Shown here piece by piece: positions 8,945 through 18,240 of a DNA stretch of 64,000 bases (positions within the stretch are counted from its first letter, which is position 1; every line of letters starts with the position of its first letter). A program made the translations under genes and the position numbers. The notes beneath the pieces were generated by a model that saw only the letters and a program-made list of their open reading frames with translations, did no database searches and was not told the DNA's origin. Source of the DNA: a virus; the IMG/VR virus record IMGVR_UViG_3300005253_000166; one strand, 5' to 3'.

Positions 8945-9173
8945 AATGAAATTCGGAAAGTGTAAGCGTTGTGGAAAAAAAGGTGTATATCAACCTTCCA
9001 ATTTGGTTTATATGGATGGTAAGCGGCTTCAAGTTTATAGGATATGTAGGTATTGTCATACAGCACATAAAAGAATTGGAAGAATAGTACCAGACCCACA
9101 TAAAGGGCAGGTATGGAACGGGAAGAAGTATATTAGAGATACTTCAACTCCCGGAAAAATAGATGGAGTGTAG
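8910..9173 (+). CDS. zinc-ribbon protein (CKRCGKKG..CRYCH)
   Basis: ORF with CxxC pairs. Confidence 0.4.
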   Translation: MKDKLREIATSRMKFGKCKRCGKKGVYQPSNLVYMDGKRLQVYRICRYCHTAHKRIGRIVPDPHKGQVWNGKKYIRDTSTPGKIDGV

Positions 9174-9309
9174 TAAAGCAAAATGAATCAAAAAGACTAT
9201 GAGGAGATTGGGAAGATAATTAAACAGCTTAGAGAATGTAAAGGAACAGAAGATGAATACATAATTAATAAAGTAAAAGTTTTAATAGAGGATTGCGGAG
9301 TAGAGTGAG

Positions 9310-9645
9310 ATGTTTCAAGTAGTTTTTGAGTGGTGGTTGAGTTTAAAAGAGGAAGAACGATTTGAGATAATTGAAAATGCCTTTTGCAATAACAAGGAAT
9401 TGAAAATGCCTTTTGCAATAACAAGGGAATGTAAGTGTTGTAGGGATTTGTTGTGGCACTGTAAGAAGTGTTGGGATAAATTTCATAATGGTAGGTTACA
9501 TAAGGATTATGAACCACCTAAACATTATGGACAAAGTATGTTTGATGGTGAATTTACTAAGAAAATGAAAGAATTTGGAATAATATTTATACCTAAGATT
9601 AAAGAAGACAAGAAAAGAGATTATAAAGAAGGTGAGTATCATTAA
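9310..9645 (+). CDS. Cys-rich protein (CKCCRDLLWHCKKCWDKFH); start uncertain because of 29-bp tandem duplication at 9371-9429
   Basis: ORF; second repeat copy carries an in-frame ATG at ~9406. Confidence 0.35.
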   Translation: MFQVVFEWWLSLKEEERFEIIENAFCNNKELKMPFAITRECKCCRDLLWHCKKCWDKFHNGRLHKDYEPPKHYGQSMFDGEFTKKMKEFGIIFIPKIKEDKKRDYKEGEYH

Positions 9646-9762
9646 ATGACGCTTACAAATCACAACATTTAAATACTTGAATGCTTTTGGATTATCATAT
9701 GATGTGAGATTTTCCTTCAGGAAAATTTCAACGTGTATATCAACGAACCGAGGTGGTCGTAT

Positions 9763-9990
9763 ATGGCAAAAAAAGGTAAGGCTGAAGAAAAAGCCGAGAA
9801 AAAAGAGAAAGGACCAAGTAAGTCCAAGATAACTTGCACTAAGTGTGAGGAAGTGAAAGCTGTTAGACCTGAAGTCTTCGACAAAAGAGTTGAGAAATTT
9901 GGCTCTGAGGAGAAGTTAAGGGCAGGATATCTTTGCCAGAAATGCCGTCCTAAAAAGGAAAAAGCAAAGAAGGAAGGAAAAGAGGAGTAA
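9763..9990 (+). CDS. small zinc-ribbon protein of the 'KAVR..KFGSEEKL' family
   Basis: ITCTKCEEVKAVRPEVFDKRVEKFGSEEKLRAGYLCQKCR; SD gaggtgg upstream of ATG 9763. Confidence 0.5.
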   Translation: MAKKGKAEEKAEKKEKGPSKSKITCTKCEEVKAVRPEVFDKRVEKFGSEEKLRAGYLCQKCRPKKEKAKKEGKEE

Positions 9991-10051
9991 ATCCCTCTTT
10001 TCTTTTTTTTTTATTTCATTTTTATTTTTGATATTTCTAAGGGAGGGTAGA

Positions 10052-10345
10052 ATGAAAAAGATAATAATTGGATTAGTTATTTTAAGTTTAATGTTAATTG
10101 GTTGTGAAGAAGAAATTTATCCTCAAGAAGATTGGATTATTCAAACTAACTCAAGTTTTACCACAACGAAAGTTTATAACGGTACACTTTATTATTGCTT
10201 TATAAATAATAGTTATTATGGTTATGCTTGTTTTCCTTATACTAATAGCACAAAGGAAAACATTATAGACTATGAAAACACAACAGATTATGAAATATGT
10301 AGAATCATAAATGAAACGAAGCAATATTGTTATAATTACCACTAA
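10052..10345 (+). CDS. putative secreted lipoprotein, Cys/Tyr-rich
   Basis: MKKIIIGLVILSLMLIGC lipobox-like signal; SD gggaggg. Confidence 0.5.
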   Translation: MKKIIIGLVILSLMLIGCEEEIYPQEDWIIQTNSSFTTTKVYNGTLYYCFINNSYYGYACFPYTNSTKENIIDYENTTDYEICRIINETKQYCYNYH

Positions 10346-10396
10346 AGTAGGGTTTGATGTAGATATGGAGGTAAAGATGAAATCATTTTAAAGCGT

Positions 10397-10441
10397 AGAA
10401 AATGAAAGGAAAAATAACTAATTGGTCAAAATCAGACTTAA
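10397..10441. repeat. 45-bp perfect direct repeat, copy 1 (agaaaatgaaaggaaaaataactaattggtcaaaatcagacttaa)
   Basis: identical to 14535-14579. Confidence 0.9.
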
Positions 10442-11652
10442 GTAAGAAACCAAAGGTAGATTAAATCGAGGAGGTTAGAATGATTTTTAAATTAGAACAA
10501 CAAGTAGAAGGAGATAATGCAAGATTTACTATAGATATGACTGGATATGAATTACATATTATCAAACAGAGTAAAGAAGCAAGGAATCACTTTTTTGAGA
10601 ATATTGCACAAGAATTAAAACTTACTTAATTACAATTCAGTATGCAACTATGCCAAATCGTCTATGGGTAAGACACCTTTATTGAACTCGGAAGGAACGC
10701 TGAGGGTGAGGAGAAATGGGGTTCGAATCCCCTAATGGCTTAAAATAATTGTAGTAGAAAATGGGATGTATATATTGTGGAGAACATGGATGTGATGATT
10801 GTATGGATATTACTATAGCTTGGAAGATATACAGGAACATATCCTCACCACCACATATTAAGATGAAAAAGAGAAAAGGAATTGTAACACCAAATTATAT
10901 TAGACAAGGAGGTTAAGATGGAAAAAGGAAGAAAGTTATTGAAATTGTTTAGAAAAGAGCAACTGAAAAGGGATAATGTTGGTTGTATGTGTGGTGATTG
11001 TACGGAAGATATGGATAATGCACTAAATAATTATATTCAAGGGAAATGTAAGTAATGCAAAAGGTTAGAACTTGTTCTAATCACCTTATACCAAGAGGAT
11101 TAGACCTGTTGTTTAACAACTAACCTTGCAAAATTACTTACACTTTACTATGAAAACAAGGAGATTATGAAAATGGAAGAAGGATTAACATTTAAGGAAT
11201 TGAAACCATTGATGGTGATGATTGGGAATATGAGCAAAAATGAATCTATGCCTCATTGCTTTGGAGATGAAAAACAATTTAAAGATATAACAACATTATG
11301 GGAAAGATATAAGGAATGGGAAAAAGCTTCGTAGAAGCAACCCACTATGTAGAAAATGGCAAAAGTAAAGTTTCAATGCAATCATTGTGGAATATCTACC
11401 TATTGGTATAGGTCAGCAATCCATGAGCTTTCATATCAGAAAATAGATGATAAAATCTACTGTGATGATTGTATCAATAAGATAGGTCATAAAGCAGTAG
11501 ATTCGGATTAACCATTATAATGGTAAATGAGAAACGGATGCTATAACGTATTGAGGCAATGGCTCAGGGCAAAGTAGGCAAACCTTAGAAAACGGTGAGG
11601 TCGGTACTCACCCTTCCGCTCATTATTATCATCAGAGGTGTAGGTGATGAAT

Positions 11653-11964
11653 ATGAAGAAAATAATGGGTTTGATTTTAGTTGGATTAATTGTATTAGTA
11701 GGTTGTCAAAATCGTAGTGCTGAGATATGTTCATTTGTAGAAGCTTCAAAAACAGATAAGAATACAACTACTAGAATGGAAGGCGTAGTATGTGTTATTG
11801 AAGATAAAGATTATGAAACTGTTTTGGTTTTAAAATGTTCTAGTTTTTTGGGGTTTACAGAGATTAATCTTGTGTTAAAATATAATAATGAAACCAACCT
11901 TACTTCAATTAATGAAATTAAGAATAAGTGTGATATAATTGGAGAGGAGAGAGTTACGTCTTAG
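11653..11964 (+). CDS. putative lipoprotein
   Basis: MKKIMGLILVGLIVLVGC signal/lipobox. Confidence 0.5.
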   Translation: MKKIMGLILVGLIVLVGCQNRSAEICSFVEASKTDKNTTTRMEGVVCVIEDKDYETVLVLKCSSFLGFTEINLVLKYNNETNLTSINEIKNKCDIIGEERVTS

Positions 11965-11973
11965 AGTCAAAAA

Positions 11974-12180
11974 ATGAAACTAAACAAAAAAAGATTAAGA
12001 AAAGATTTTTTTGAACTATTAAAGATATTTTTTTATTTATCAATAGCAGCATTATTGATTTTTGTAATGGTTGTGTTTCCAATAATGTTTAGTGTGGTTA
12101 TTGGAATAGCTTTGTTTGTGATAATAATATCCTTTATAGTTTGGTTTTTTAAAAAAAGATATATAATTACAGAAGCGTAG
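11974..12180 (+). CDS. small membrane protein
   Basis: hydrophobic ORF. Confidence 0.4.
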   Translation: MKLNKKRLRKDFFELLKIFFYLSIAALLIFVMVVFPIMFSVVIGIALFVIIISFIVWFFKKRYIITEA

Positions 12181-12212
12181 GGAAGTCAGTAGATAATTGG
12201 AGGTCAGAAAAA

Positions 12213-12539
12213 ATGGGAAAGAAGTTTCAAATAATAATGTTTTGTTTTTGGTTGTGTGTAATATTTGTTCCTGCAATAGTATATGGTGTAAGACATAATA
12301 CTCAATTACATTTTTGGAAATCCGAAATACAACAGAAAGAAGATTGGTGTAACATAAATACCCCAATGATGAATATAAGTATGCTTGATAAAAGAGTAGC
12401 TTATTGTTATGGGGAAGGATGGAGTAAATACTGTAAAATAAGTTATTCAGAACATTGCCCAGATAATGATTATTCAGATTATGATAGATGTTTAAGAAAT
12501 TGTATAGTTTATGGACAAGAAGATGTTTGTCCTTGTTAA
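12213..12539 (+). CDS. secreted Cys-rich protein
   Basis: N-terminal signal-like helix, 10 Cys. Confidence 0.4.
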   Translation: MGKKFQIIMFCFWLCVIFVPAIVYGVRHNTQLHFWKSEIQQKEDWCNINTPMMNISMLDKRVAYCYGEGWSKYCKISYSEHCPDNDYSDYDRCLRNCIVYGQEDVCPC

Positions 12540-12568
12540 GAACTACACTTTGTAGAGGATTGATGTAA

Positions 12569-12874
12569 ATGGAACTGATAAATATTTTAATAATGTTGGC
12601 GATTATGTATTTAGTTATATTGATTATTGATAAGTTAGCACCGCTTATTATAGGTGGTTTATTAGCTTTGATAATTGTATTAATAGTACCTTACATATTC
12701 AAAGCAATAATATGGGTATTTAGTGGATTTATGAACGTAATGTCAATGCCTATTTATTGGGTTACAGGATATAAATTGGTTCTTCCTTGGTGGATTGGAT
12801 TAATTATGGTTGCTATTGGAATTATACCAATGTTAGGATTTTGGGGAGTAAGAAGAGGAGAACCTACGTTTTAG
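12569..12874 (+). CDS. polytopic small membrane protein
   Basis: three hydrophobic helices. Confidence 0.45.
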   Translation: MELINILIMLAIMYLVILIIDKLAPLIIGGLLALIIVLIVPYIFKAIIWVFSGFMNVMSMPIYWVTGYKLVLPWWIGLIMVAIGIIPMLGFWGVRRGEPTF

Positions 12875-13288
12875 GGAGCAGGTGCGTAGATGATATTTAA
12901 AAACAAATGGGCTAACGAAGAAAGGGTAAAACTATTTAGAGTTTGGAGATTTGAGTTTTATTGGATTCACTATTATATACCAAGACCAAATGTTCGTAGC
13001 TCCATCAAAAACTGTAAACGGAGGCAAGAATGAGAAAAAAGAAGTTTATTTTAAAAATACATAAGCTTGGCTTAATAGAAGTTAATGACACAAAGGAAAG
13101 AAGAAAGAAGAAGTTTTCTCTCCCAAATGGGGATGGATATGAGTTTAACAAGAGATTCAAGGAATTAAAAGAAGATAATGAAATAATTATCTACTTATGA
13201 ACCATCAAAGGTGTAAATAATGGAAATAAAAGAGTATGTTTGAATTAGTAGATAAAGCATTTCCAGACTTACAGAATGTAACGAAAAA

Positions 13289-14047
13289 ATGAAGAAAATA
13301 ATAATAGCTGGTTGTACAAGAACTAATTATATAGCATTTAATCTTATAAAGAAATATCCAGAATTTCTTTATGTTTTTGTGAATAAACAAGATACACCTA
13401 AACCTCAAAGAAAATATGAAAGTATTAAGAGAAATCTATGTTCAATATCTATTAATATGTTATTAAGACCAGATATTCTATTTAGGTTATGGTGCAAAGG
13501 AAGGAAAGAGAGAAAAGAAATGAAACATTTTGTAAAACCAAACTTATGTTGTCCCCCAAATTATTTAATCGTAAACAATTACAATAGCAAGGAATATGAA
13601 AACATACTTAAAGTTGAAGACCCTGATTTATTGATTGTTTTAGGCGGAATAATATTAAAACCTCAAATATTTAATAAAGGAAAACTTGGCTGTTTGAATA
13701 TACATTCTAGTCTTTTGCCTTTTGGGAGAGGAAGAGATGGTCCTTTTTGGGCTTTGTATTATAATAAACCTGCGGGGTTTACAGTACATTATATTACTGA
13801 ACAAGTGGATGCTGGAGATATAGTATTCCAGAAAGAAGTTGAAACCAAAGAAGGTGACACTCCATTAAGTTTGAGGAAAAGAATAGCTGATGAAATAATA
13901 AACTCTTTTCCAGAAATACTTGATAAATTTAAGGATGGAAAATCAGTAGGAAGAAAACAAGAATTTGGGTCATTATCTAATAAACATCCAACATTCAAGG
14001 ATAGATTTGAGTTGGAAATAACACCTTCCCAAAGTAAATCTGCCTGA
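13289..14047 (+). CDS. formyltransferase-family protein (PurN/Fmt/sugar N-formyltransferase fold)
   Basis: NIHSSLLPFGRGRDG (HxSLLPxxRG motif) and TVHYITEQVDAGDIVFQKEV match the Formyl_trans_N catalytic core. Confidence 0.6.
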   Translation: MKKIIIAGCTRTNYIAFNLIKKYPEFLYVFVNKQDTPKPQRKYESIKRNLCSISINMLLRPDILFRLWCKGRKERKEMKHFVKPNLCCPPNYLIVNNYNSKEYENILKVEDPDLLIVLGGIILKPQIFNKGKLGCLNIHSSLLPFGRGRDGPFWALYYNKPAGFTVHYITEQVDAGDIVFQKEVETKEGDTPLSLRKRIADEIINSFPEILDKFKDGKSVGRKQEFGSLSNKHPTFKDRFELEITPSQSKSA

Positions 14048-14066
14048 AGGCAGGGGTTTTCAAAGA

Positions 14067-14303
14067 ATGGTAACACAAAAACAGAGGATTGACGAAGAAA
14101 TGTTTGAATATAATTTAGATGGTTGGTTTGGTAGAACAAGAATTTGTAAATATTGTGAAACACCAACACAATTTGATAAGAAAATTGGCAGATATTGTCC
14201 TAAAGGGTGTTTTAAGGGAAATCATTTGAATAAGTTTATTTCATATATAAATAGATTACTTAGGAGATATAAGGAGGTGAGTTCTCATTCCTCCACGCAC
14301 TAA
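14067..14303 (+). CDS. zinc-binding small protein
   Basis: CKYCE..CPKGC. Confidence 0.35.
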   Translation: MVTQKQRIDEEMFEYNLDGWFGRTRICKYCETPTQFDKKIGRYCPKGCFKGNHLNKFISYINRLLRRYKEVSSHSSTH

Positions 14304-14534
14304 AGTACATGGTATCCTGAGAATATTATTATGAAAAGAAATATATTATTTATAATTTGTATGTTGTTAAGTGGTTATATTGCATTAGCAACAAGATATT
14401 TGATTATAGGTAGTTGGTAAATGGCAAGAACAAAGAAGAAAAAGGTAGTCTTTTGGGCTAGTGTAAGGTATCCAGAAGGAACTGAACCACCAAACTTTAA
14501 AGAGAAAAGAAAGAAGAAATTACCGCTTATCCAA

Positions 14535-14579
14535 AGAAAATGAAAGGAAAAATAACTAATTGGTCAAAATCAGACTTAA
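14535..14579. repeat. 45-bp perfect direct repeat, copy 2
   Basis: identical to 10397-10441. Confidence 0.9.
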
Positions 14580-14691
14580 TCATAGAGATTAATCTAAGAA
14601 TGGAAGCTTTAGATACTTCAGAAGAAGAATTTTCAAATAGAGAATTATTAAGTGATTTTGAAGGATTACTTAAATTCCAAAAGAACAAGAG

Positions 14692-14934
14692 GTGATAAGA
14701 TTGACTTGTAGGGCAGACAAATATCCAGAAAAGGATTTTAAAGGCAATATATTCAAAACACACTGTTACAGATGTGGAAGGGAAATGTCAATTGTTAAGG
14801 GACAGATTAAATATAATACTGAATGGAAGGATGAGTGGATTCCAGATATACAATACTGGACATATCTTGCGTTAGGAAGTAAGGATAAGATAAAAGTGGA
14901 AGTAGAACCACCAAAAGTATCAAGTAGTTGTTAG
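14692..14934 (+). CDS. hypothetical protein
   Basis: ORF. Confidence 0.3.
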   Translation: MIRLTCRADKYPEKDFKGNIFKTHCYRCGREMSIVKGQIKYNTEWKDEWIPDIQYWTYLALGSKDKIKVEVEPPKVSSSC

Positions 14935-14952
14935 GTACATAGTTTTCCAAAA

Positions 14953-15159
14953 ATGAAGAAGAAAATAAAATTCATAATTGCCAATGTACTAGATAAGTTT
15001 TCACAACTATGCTGGACTAATCTTGTATTGTGGGCTGAGTTAGATGCTCCATTTAAAGATATATTCAACCAAGAATGTAGAAAGGATAAGGAGGGTTACC
15101 CTTATGCTTATTGTAATAAATGTGAATTAACAGGTAGATTTTATAGCAAATCTACTTAA
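14953..15159 (+). CDS. hypothetical protein
   Basis: ORF. Confidence 0.3.
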   Translation: MKKKIKFIIANVLDKFSQLCWTNLVLWAELDAPFKDIFNQECRKDKEGYPYAYCNKCELTGRFYSKST

Positions 15160-15190
15160 ATTCAAGAAGGTGAGTAGATGATAGATATAT

Positions 15191-15391
15191 TTGGTGCATT
15201 GCAAGGAGGTTTTGAAGATGAAAGACAAAGAGATTATTAAAGCATTATTAAGGGTAATTGATAGAAAAGATAAAGATATAATAAACTTGCTTAACGGAAG
15301 AAGCGTTTTGGTAGTAAAAGACGGAGAATGGCTAGAGAGATACACAAATCTATTTTTCCATTTTGGATTAAATATGTTTAGAAACATTTAA
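15191..15391 (+). CDS. hypothetical protein
   Basis: SD aaggaggt upstream. Confidence 0.35.
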   Translation: MVHCKEVLKMKDKEIIKALLRVIDRKDKDIINLLNGRSVLVVKDGEWLERYTNLFFHFGLNMFRNI

Positions 15392-15418
15392 TAATAGGTA
15401 ATACTTAGGTTAGATATT

Positions 15419-15793
15419 ATGGAAGAAAAATCAAAGGATACAATAATGACTATTGCGTGGACATTGATTATCTTAGGTTTAGCTGCACTATTTATCTACA
15501 TTATTGGCAAATCATTAGGTATAATCCATTTACCAGTATGGGTTACTTATATACCCCATATGGGTGGAGGTGCAACTCTTTTAGGAATCGCTTTACAAAC
15601 TGGAAGGGTTCTCCAAAAAATTAAGAATGTTGAAGAAGACGTTAAAGATATAAACAAGGATATTGATAATGTAGATAACAAAGTAGGAATTTTAGTAACT
15701 GATGTGGTTGCAATAAAAACTGAAGTTAATGCACATGAAACATCTATAAAAACTATGGATGAACGTGTACATGAAATATCAAAAAGAGGTTAA
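15419..15793 (+). CDS. membrane protein with C-terminal coiled coil
   Basis: two TM helices then heptad-like region. Confidence 0.4.
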   Translation: MEEKSKDTIMTIAWTLIILGLAALFIYIIGKSLGIIHLPVWVTYIPHMGGGATLLGIALQTGRVLQKIKNVEEDVKDINKDIDNVDNKVGILVTDVVAIKTEVNAHETSIKTMDERVHEISKRG

Positions 15794-15947
15794 AATGACA
15801 ACAATAAAAATAAGTGAAGAAGCAGAAAAGAGAATTAGGGAGAGGAGTAAGAGAGTAGAGAAGGCACATAATGACTTCAAAAGAGCTTGTGGTTAAACTT
15901 ACACAATAGAGGAACAAGATGAACAATGCAACCATAGAGGTATTTAA

Positions 15948-16277
15948 ATGATATTACTTGGATATTTAGCTTTAAGGTTTAGAAAAATAATATGTAAATA
16001 CATACCTAAATTAGCCATATGGATTTATTCAAAACATAGAGGAGAATGTAATGGTTGTGGTGATTGTTGTAAAACTATAAACTGGAATTGTGAGCATTTA
16101 ATAAATAACAAATGTAATATTTATGAAAAAAGACCTTTGAACTGCACGACAGCACCCTTTCCTTTTGATTTATGGTTTAATGAGAAATTTAAAAACTGTA
16201 GCATTTATTATTTTCAAAAGAGAAGAAGTAAAGAAGTAGAGAAGGCACATAATGATTTTGAAAAAGCTTGTGGTTAA
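15948..16277 (+). CDS. CxxCxxCC putative Zn/Fe-chelating domain protein (YkgJ-like), paralog A
   Basis: GECNGCGDCCKT motif; 70% identical to 17930-18232 product; upstream 35 nt also duplicated. Confidence 0.5.
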   Translation: MILLGYLALRFRKIICKYIPKLAIWIYSKHRGECNGCGDCCKTINWNCEHLINNKCNIYEKRPLNCTTAPFPFDLWFNEKFKNCSIYYFQKRRSKEVEKAHNDFEKACG

Positions 16278-16397
16278 GCTGAAAGCAACCAAGTATGGAG
16301 TAAAAATGAAAAAATCAGAAAAGTTTTTAGAAATAATAACAAGACCGATAGCCTGGCTAGTAGGTCTTTTATTTAAGTCTATAGAGGTGTTTGAAAA

Positions 16398-16688
16398 ATG
16401 AAATGTATATTTTATAGTTTTCCAAAAGAAAGGGGTTGTAGAAATAGAATCTCTTTTTGGAATTGGTTAGGATTCTTTTTTGGAGCTGTCCCTATATGTA
16501 AACAATGTAAAGCAGATATACAAAAAAATAATAATATAAATATAACTCATAGAACTATGTTGGATGAAGATTGTTATCAGAGCGTTAAGAAATTATATAA
16601 AAGTAATCCTGACATTGTTATGAAACCTTCTATCTGGAAAAAGGAAAGATTAAAGCAATTAAAGAAAGAAGGAAAGCCATGGGATTAA
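16398..16688 (+). CDS. Cys-rich hypothetical protein
   Basis: ORF. Confidence 0.35.
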   Translation: MKCIFYSFPKERGCRNRISFWNWLGFFFGAVPICKQCKADIQKNNNINITHRTMLDEDCYQSVKKLYKSNPDIVMKPSIWKKERLKQLKKEGKPWD

Positions 16689-16951
16689 AAAATGAAAGTG
16701 ATGAACATAACAACATTCATAAGGTTATAAAAGAATCTAGTAATAGAATAATGAAAGAATTACACAATAGAGGAAAAACAATGAAAGAATTTAATCGAAA
16801 CATAACCCTAAGAGTAATATATGAATCATTAGGATTGGTAGTTAGTCTTATGGATGCTTTAGAATTTGAGTATATGGTAGATTGGAGAAACACAATACAG
16901 AAGTGGCGTATGGAAATGAGAAGAAGAAGGAACTGGCTACCAAACGATTAA
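16679..16951 (+). CDS. hypothetical protein
   Basis: ORF. Confidence 0.35.
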   Translation: MGLKNESDEHNNIHKVIKESSNRIMKELHNRGKTMKEFNRNITLRVIYESLGLVVSLMDALEFEYMVDWRNTIQKWRMEMRRRRNWLPND

Positions 16952-17160
16952 AACTTACAACTTACTATGAGACAATCATGGAGGTAAGAAAATGGCAACT
17001 GATGGAGAGAAAACATATATCGGAAATCAAATAGATTTACTTATTGAACAATACAAAATTACTAATAATGAGTTTGTTGAGATTATTGATAATATTAAAA
17101 TAGATAGAGATTGGAATAATGGTTAATACCAAGAAACAATCATATATGGAGGTATTGAAG

Positions 17161-17463
17161 ATGAAATTAGAACTAAAGATGGATAATAAGACATTTTGGT
17201 TTTGTATAGCTATTATCTTTTTGATAGGATTGTTAGCTCTTGGTTGGAATGACACCCCAATAATTGTAGAAAGATATAATTGTAGTTGTCCAAAAGAAGA
17301 ATCATCCTTTTTCAAAGATGGTGGATGGGAAGTCATAACTAATGATGATATAGTTGATAATATAGTTATTCCAGATTTTGAAGATTGTGAAGAAGTAACT
17401 TGTGATTGTTACGAAGAATTTGGATGTATGGCTAAATGCTATAGATGTCCAGAATCTACATAA
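17161..17463 (+). CDS. membrane-anchored acidic Cys-rich protein
   Basis: SD ggaggt upstream of ATG 17161; TM helix then CxC-rich acidic tail. Confidence 0.4.
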   Translation: MKLELKMDNKTFWFCIAIIFLIGLLALGWNDTPIIVERYNCSCPKEESSFFKDGGWEVITNDDIVDNIVIPDFEDCEEVTCDCYEEFGCMAKCYRCPEST

Positions 17464-17489
17464 TACTATGAAAACAAGGAGGTTTTAGA

Positions 17490-17747
17490 ATGGGATTAAT
17501 AAGATGGATTATAAGGAGGATAGTAAGAATAGTAATTAGAACTACAAAGAGTGAAGTAAAAAGAACAGTTAAATCAAAAGGGAAAACAATCTACATAACC
17601 AAAGATAAGACAATAGAAGGAGATTCTATAGGTAATATAGAAATTCAAGATGGAGCTACTTTAGTAGTTGAAGGAGATGTAATTGGAAATGTAATTAATA
17701 AAGGAGACTTAACAATAGAAGGGGATACTGTGGGGAATGTAATATGA
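17490..17747 (+). CDS. bactofilin-like beta-helical repeat protein (weak)
   Basis: repeats 'EGDSIGNIEI','EGDVIGNVIN','EGDTVGNVI'. Confidence 0.3.
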   Translation: MGLIRWIIRRIVRIVIRTTKSEVKRTVKSKGKTIYITKDKTIEGDSIGNIEIQDGATLVVEGDVIGNVINKGDLTIEGDTVGNVI

Positions 17748-17929
17748 CACTTCCAACAAATTGGGTATGGTGGGGATTAGGTTGGTTATTCCTACCAAGA
17801 ATGACTATTGGAATACTTATAGGGATTTTCACTAATCAGGCTACACTAGGATTAGTCTTAGCAATAATAGGTGCTATAATAGATTTATGTAGCGATTAAT
17901 TACAGCTATGCAACCATAGAGGTATTTAA

Positions 17930-18232
17930 ATGATATTACTAGGATATTTAGCTTTAAGGTTTAGAAAGGCATTATGTAAATACCTGCCTAAATTAGCTAT
18001 GTGGATTTATTCAAAACATAAAGGAGAATGTGATAACTGTTGTGATTGTGGTAACTGCTGTAAAACTACAGACTGGTCTTGTAGTGATTTAATAAATAAT
18101 AAATGTAGTATTTATGATAAAAGACCACTTAGCTGTAAAGTGGCACCATTCCCTTTTGATTTATGGTTTAATAAGAAGTTTAAGAACTGTAGCATTTATT
18201 ATTTTAAAAAGAAAAACTTATGCAAATCGTGA
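17930..18232 (+). CDS. CxxCxxCC putative Zn/Fe-chelating domain protein (YkgJ-like), paralog B
   Basis: GECDNCCDCGNCCKT; paralog of 15948-16277. Confidence 0.5.
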   Translation: MILLGYLALRFRKALCKYLPKLAMWIYSKHKGECDNCCDCGNCCKTTDWSCSDLINNKCSIYDKRPLSCKVAPFPFDLWFNKKFKNCSIYYFKKKNLCKS

Positions 18233-18240
18233 GAATCAAT

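Noticed and set aside
10651-10741. Possible tRNA around the GGGGTTCGAATCCCC T-arm
   Set aside because: The D-arm-like and T-arm-like hairpins exist. No 7-bp acceptor stem can be formed with any nearby 5' segment, and the anticodon region needs a 10-nt loop. It is treated as a tRNA 3' fragment or tRNA-like remnant and reported as a finding, not annotated as a tRNA gene.
10397-14579. Integrated prophage or integrative element with integrase inside the direct-repeat-bounded block
   Set aside because: No tyrosine or serine recombinase signature (R..H..R..Y or resolvase domain) is found in any frame of the block. The att-like interpretation is kept only as a hypothesis.
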